A stretch of 64,000 bases of DNA from NCBI RefSeq assembly GCF_009914755.1, contig NC_060925.1, one strand, 5' to 3'. The stretch is from the human T2T-CHM13v2.0 reference genome, Homo sapiens. Position numbers and translations under genes: made by a program. The notes beneath the pieces were generated by a model. The model ran no database searches. It had not been told where the DNA came from and was given only the letters and a program-made list of their open reading frames with translations. Of this stretch, positions 61,205 through 64,000 are shown in pieces. Every line of letters starts with the position of its first letter. Position 1 is the stretch's first letter.

Positions 61205-62130
61205 GTTATCATTAGCCATTTCCTTTTCTGTAGAATCTCTTCCCATGAACTGAAAGGTGAATGGAGAAAGAGAAAATACAGAAGATCCACTTATTTTTAC
61301 TGAGTACTTTTATGTGCCAGACAGTGTGCTAAGTTTTGGAGCAGAAAAGTAGAGATAGAGTGTTTCAGGTAGACAAACATGTGCAAAACCTTGTAGCAAA
61401 GATGCTGCATAGCATCTGAGAATTAACAGCTTTGCTAGTATACAAATAGTATGTCATGGACATGTGGGTAAGAACTAAACCAGACTAGATATCTTGGGCC
61501 ATATTTAAAAAATTTGGTCTTAATCTTGACAGTAACAACAGAAGCTTTTTAGCTAATCAACTCCATGCTAATAGATTAAATAAAAACTGCATGAAGAGCA
61601 TCTTTGGAATCTAACTCCTTTTGCCTACTTCCTTACTCTACCCACTGACTAATATCTACAGGTTTAACCCTATTCTAAGTTCTCAGGAAAAAAAAAAAAC
61701 ATCACACAGAGTTTCTCAGAAAGGACTAAAGAAATCTCATAAGGTAGATAATATACACATAAGGGAGTATAAGTTTTAAGGAGGTGGTACAGACCAACGA
61801 AATTCTGGACTCTGGATTTAGATCACCTGGCTTCAAATCTGGGCTCAAACACTTATCAGCTAAATAGTCATGGGTTGGTCTGAGAATGGAATGACTTAAC
61901 AATTGTGGCTAGTCCACTGAAAATAGTAAACAAATGTGAGGTGCCCTCAGTAATTTTATTATTACTACTACTACAAATCTTACCATTATGTTAGAGAAAA
62001 GTTTAAATGTTTCAGACTCACACAGGTTCTTTGACTCTAAATCCCATACTCATGTTATCCCAAGATGGCAAGTTAAAGCTTATGCTGACTTAAATTTTAC
62101 CACAGTTCCAATAACTAAGCTCCTGACTTA

Positions 62131-63434
62131 TTTATTTTTATTTATTTGATTTTTTTTTTTTTTTTTTAGAGAGATGGGGTCTTGCTTCATCACCTAGGCT
62201 GGAGTGCAGCAGCATGATCATAGCTCACTGCTGCCTCTAACTCCTGAGCTCAGGAGATGCTCTCACCTCAGCCTCCTAAACAGCAGAGACTACAGGTGTG
62301 CTCTACCTCACTTGGCTAATTAAAACATTTTTTCAGCTTTATTTTTATTTTTTTCAACGTTTTTTATTTAAATAAGGAGAATTCTTCCCTATGGAAAGAG
62401 CTAGCACAATCACATATTTGAAAGGAGAAACAATAGGTACTGAACCGGAGGGAAAGGGCGAAGGCTGAGTGTACCAGCACCAGCCTGGAGAATCCACAAT
62501 TCCACTTCCTATCCAAGGTAAGTTTCCGAAAATAGTATATAAACAAGTTGCACATTATACCTTTAGCCATCATCTGCCCTTTCAAATATCTGGTCTACAT
62601 GAAAAGAGAAAGAGGAAAGGCCAAAACGAAAACAAAAGGAAACAAAAACAAAACGCAACCCTCTCAAAAACAAAAGAAAAAAAAACCCAAAATCTTTTTT
62701 ACTACACAGAGCATAAGGTCAAAAACTTACAGTACCAGTGTCCCCTTCAAGCCATGGAAGAAAAACATCCACATAAAGCCTTAGCAAGAATTTCCACTCT
62801 GAGGCTTTGTAACATGCTGAAGACAGGGCCCTGGGGGTGCTGCTGCCATTTTGGAGGCCACCAACTGGGGTGGAGAATCAGTGAACAGCACGTCTCATGC
62901 ACTTGGAAGATCACCAGCCAAATATGCACTGGTGGCCTGGTGGAGCATGGCTAGGTGACTGCCTACCCCCAACACTGAACCACTCCTATCCTGGATGACC
63001 TACTTCTTAGGTCTGTCTCACATTTCACAAAAGAGCTGGAAGTCTGCATTTCTCATTCATCACAAAACAGGACAAAGCACACACACTCTAGTATCTTTGG
63101 TCATCAAAGGCCATTTCCAACAGACCCTCAAACCCACGTTTGCTTTGCAAGAAGTGAAAAGGGACAAATGAAGATTTGAAGGGCAGCCTGCAGCCACTTG
63201 GCAGAAGGAAACTAAATGGCAGGGAGGGGGCTCCACCAGAGCTGCCATGCTGCCACAGTGGGCCAGGCTAATTTTCTTTTTTCTTTCTTTTTTTTTTTTT
63301 TTGTTGTTGTTGTTGTAGCATTGGGATCTCATCATCTTGCCCAGGCTTGGTCTCAAACTCCTAAGCTCAAGTAACCCTCCTGCCTTGGCCTCCTAAAGTG
63401 CTGGGATCATAGGCATGAGCCACCATGCCTAGCC
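62131..63434 (-). mobile_element. AluJ split into right arm (62131-62321) and left arm (63262-63434) by an insertion
   Basis: Arms are collinear; ggctaatt is duplicated at both breakpoints. Confidence 0.9.
62322..63261 (-). pseudogene. 5'-truncated processed copy of an mRNA 3'UTR (parent gene not identified)
   Basis: Non-repeat ~0.9 kb, AATAAA (62363-62368, minus strand), decayed poly(A) 62322-62354, TSD core ggctaatt. Confidence 0.75.
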
Positions 63435-63504
63435 GTGACTTCTTTGACCAAGCTGTCACCTTGTGCTTTGGGACAGCTAAAGGTAAGGGAAAGAAGACTG
63501 AAAG

Positions 63505-64000
63505 AAAGGCTATCAGCATACTGAACAGATATTTGCACTCCCATGTTTATTGCAGCACTATTCACAATAGCCAAAATACAGAATCAACTTAAGTATCCAT
63601 CAGTAGATGAATGAAGAAAATGTGGTACATACACACAATAGAATATTATTCAGCTATAAAAAAGAATGAGATTCTGTCATTTGCAACAACAGGAATGGAA
63701 CTGGAAGACATTAGTGATATAAGCCAGGCACAGAAAGGTAACTAACACATGTTCTCACAAATATGTGGGAGCTAAATATATGAGAAGGGTAGGAGTGGGG
63801 GTTATAAAAGGTATGATAAATAGGTACAAAAATACAGTAGAAAGAATAAGATCTAGTATGCCACAGCACAACAGAGTGGCTATTTTTAACAACAGTTGAT
63901 CACAGATTTCAAAATAAAAGAGTGAAATTAGAATGTTCCTAACACAAAGAAATAATAAGTGCTTGAGGTGATACAAGCACCAATTATTCAAATTTGATCA
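63505..64000 (+). mobile_element. L1MA-type 3' end (runs off window)
   Basis: catgtttattgcagcactattcacaatagccaa...gaatgttcctaacacaaagaaataataagtgcttgaggtga. Confidence 0.88.

Noticed and set aside
62469-62954. Longest ORF in the track (161 aa, plus strand)
   Set aside because: Antisense reading of the retrocopied 3'UTR; non-ATG start, K/Q/N bias from A-rich tracts, no recognisable domain

Overview
Primate (most likely human) genomic DNA, AT-rich and repeat-dense, lying entirely inside a large fibrillar collagen gene on the minus strand. I found eight phase-0 Gly-X-Y exons (six of 54 bp, two of 45 bp), all with AG/GT boundaries and all missed by the ORF track. They splice to 138 aa of uninterrupted triple helix (GSVGPVGPIG...GPEGFPGDIG...GELGPR), which I recognise as COL24A1 (clade C, COL27A1 paralogue). 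The rest is intron: about 16 Alus, a long L1PB-like element, a young truncated L1PA, nested old L1M pieces, a complete THE1-type MaLR provirus, a decayed ERV-L pol region, solo LTRs, DNA transposons, and L2/MIR fragments. I see no convincing new biological system. The best leads are: (i) a ~0.9-kb retrocopied mRNA 3'UTR inserted inside an Alu in the host-gene sense orientation; (ii) a ~145-bp direct repeat with RUNX/AP-1 motifs bracketing an isolated exon; (iii) an ancient duplication of an L1 end plus its flank; (iv) an apparently chimeric L1; (v) templated-insertion scars; (vi) duplicated splice donors; (vii) a strong CTCF motif. Exon coordinates are base-exact. Repeat boundaries and subfamily names are by eye and approximate.
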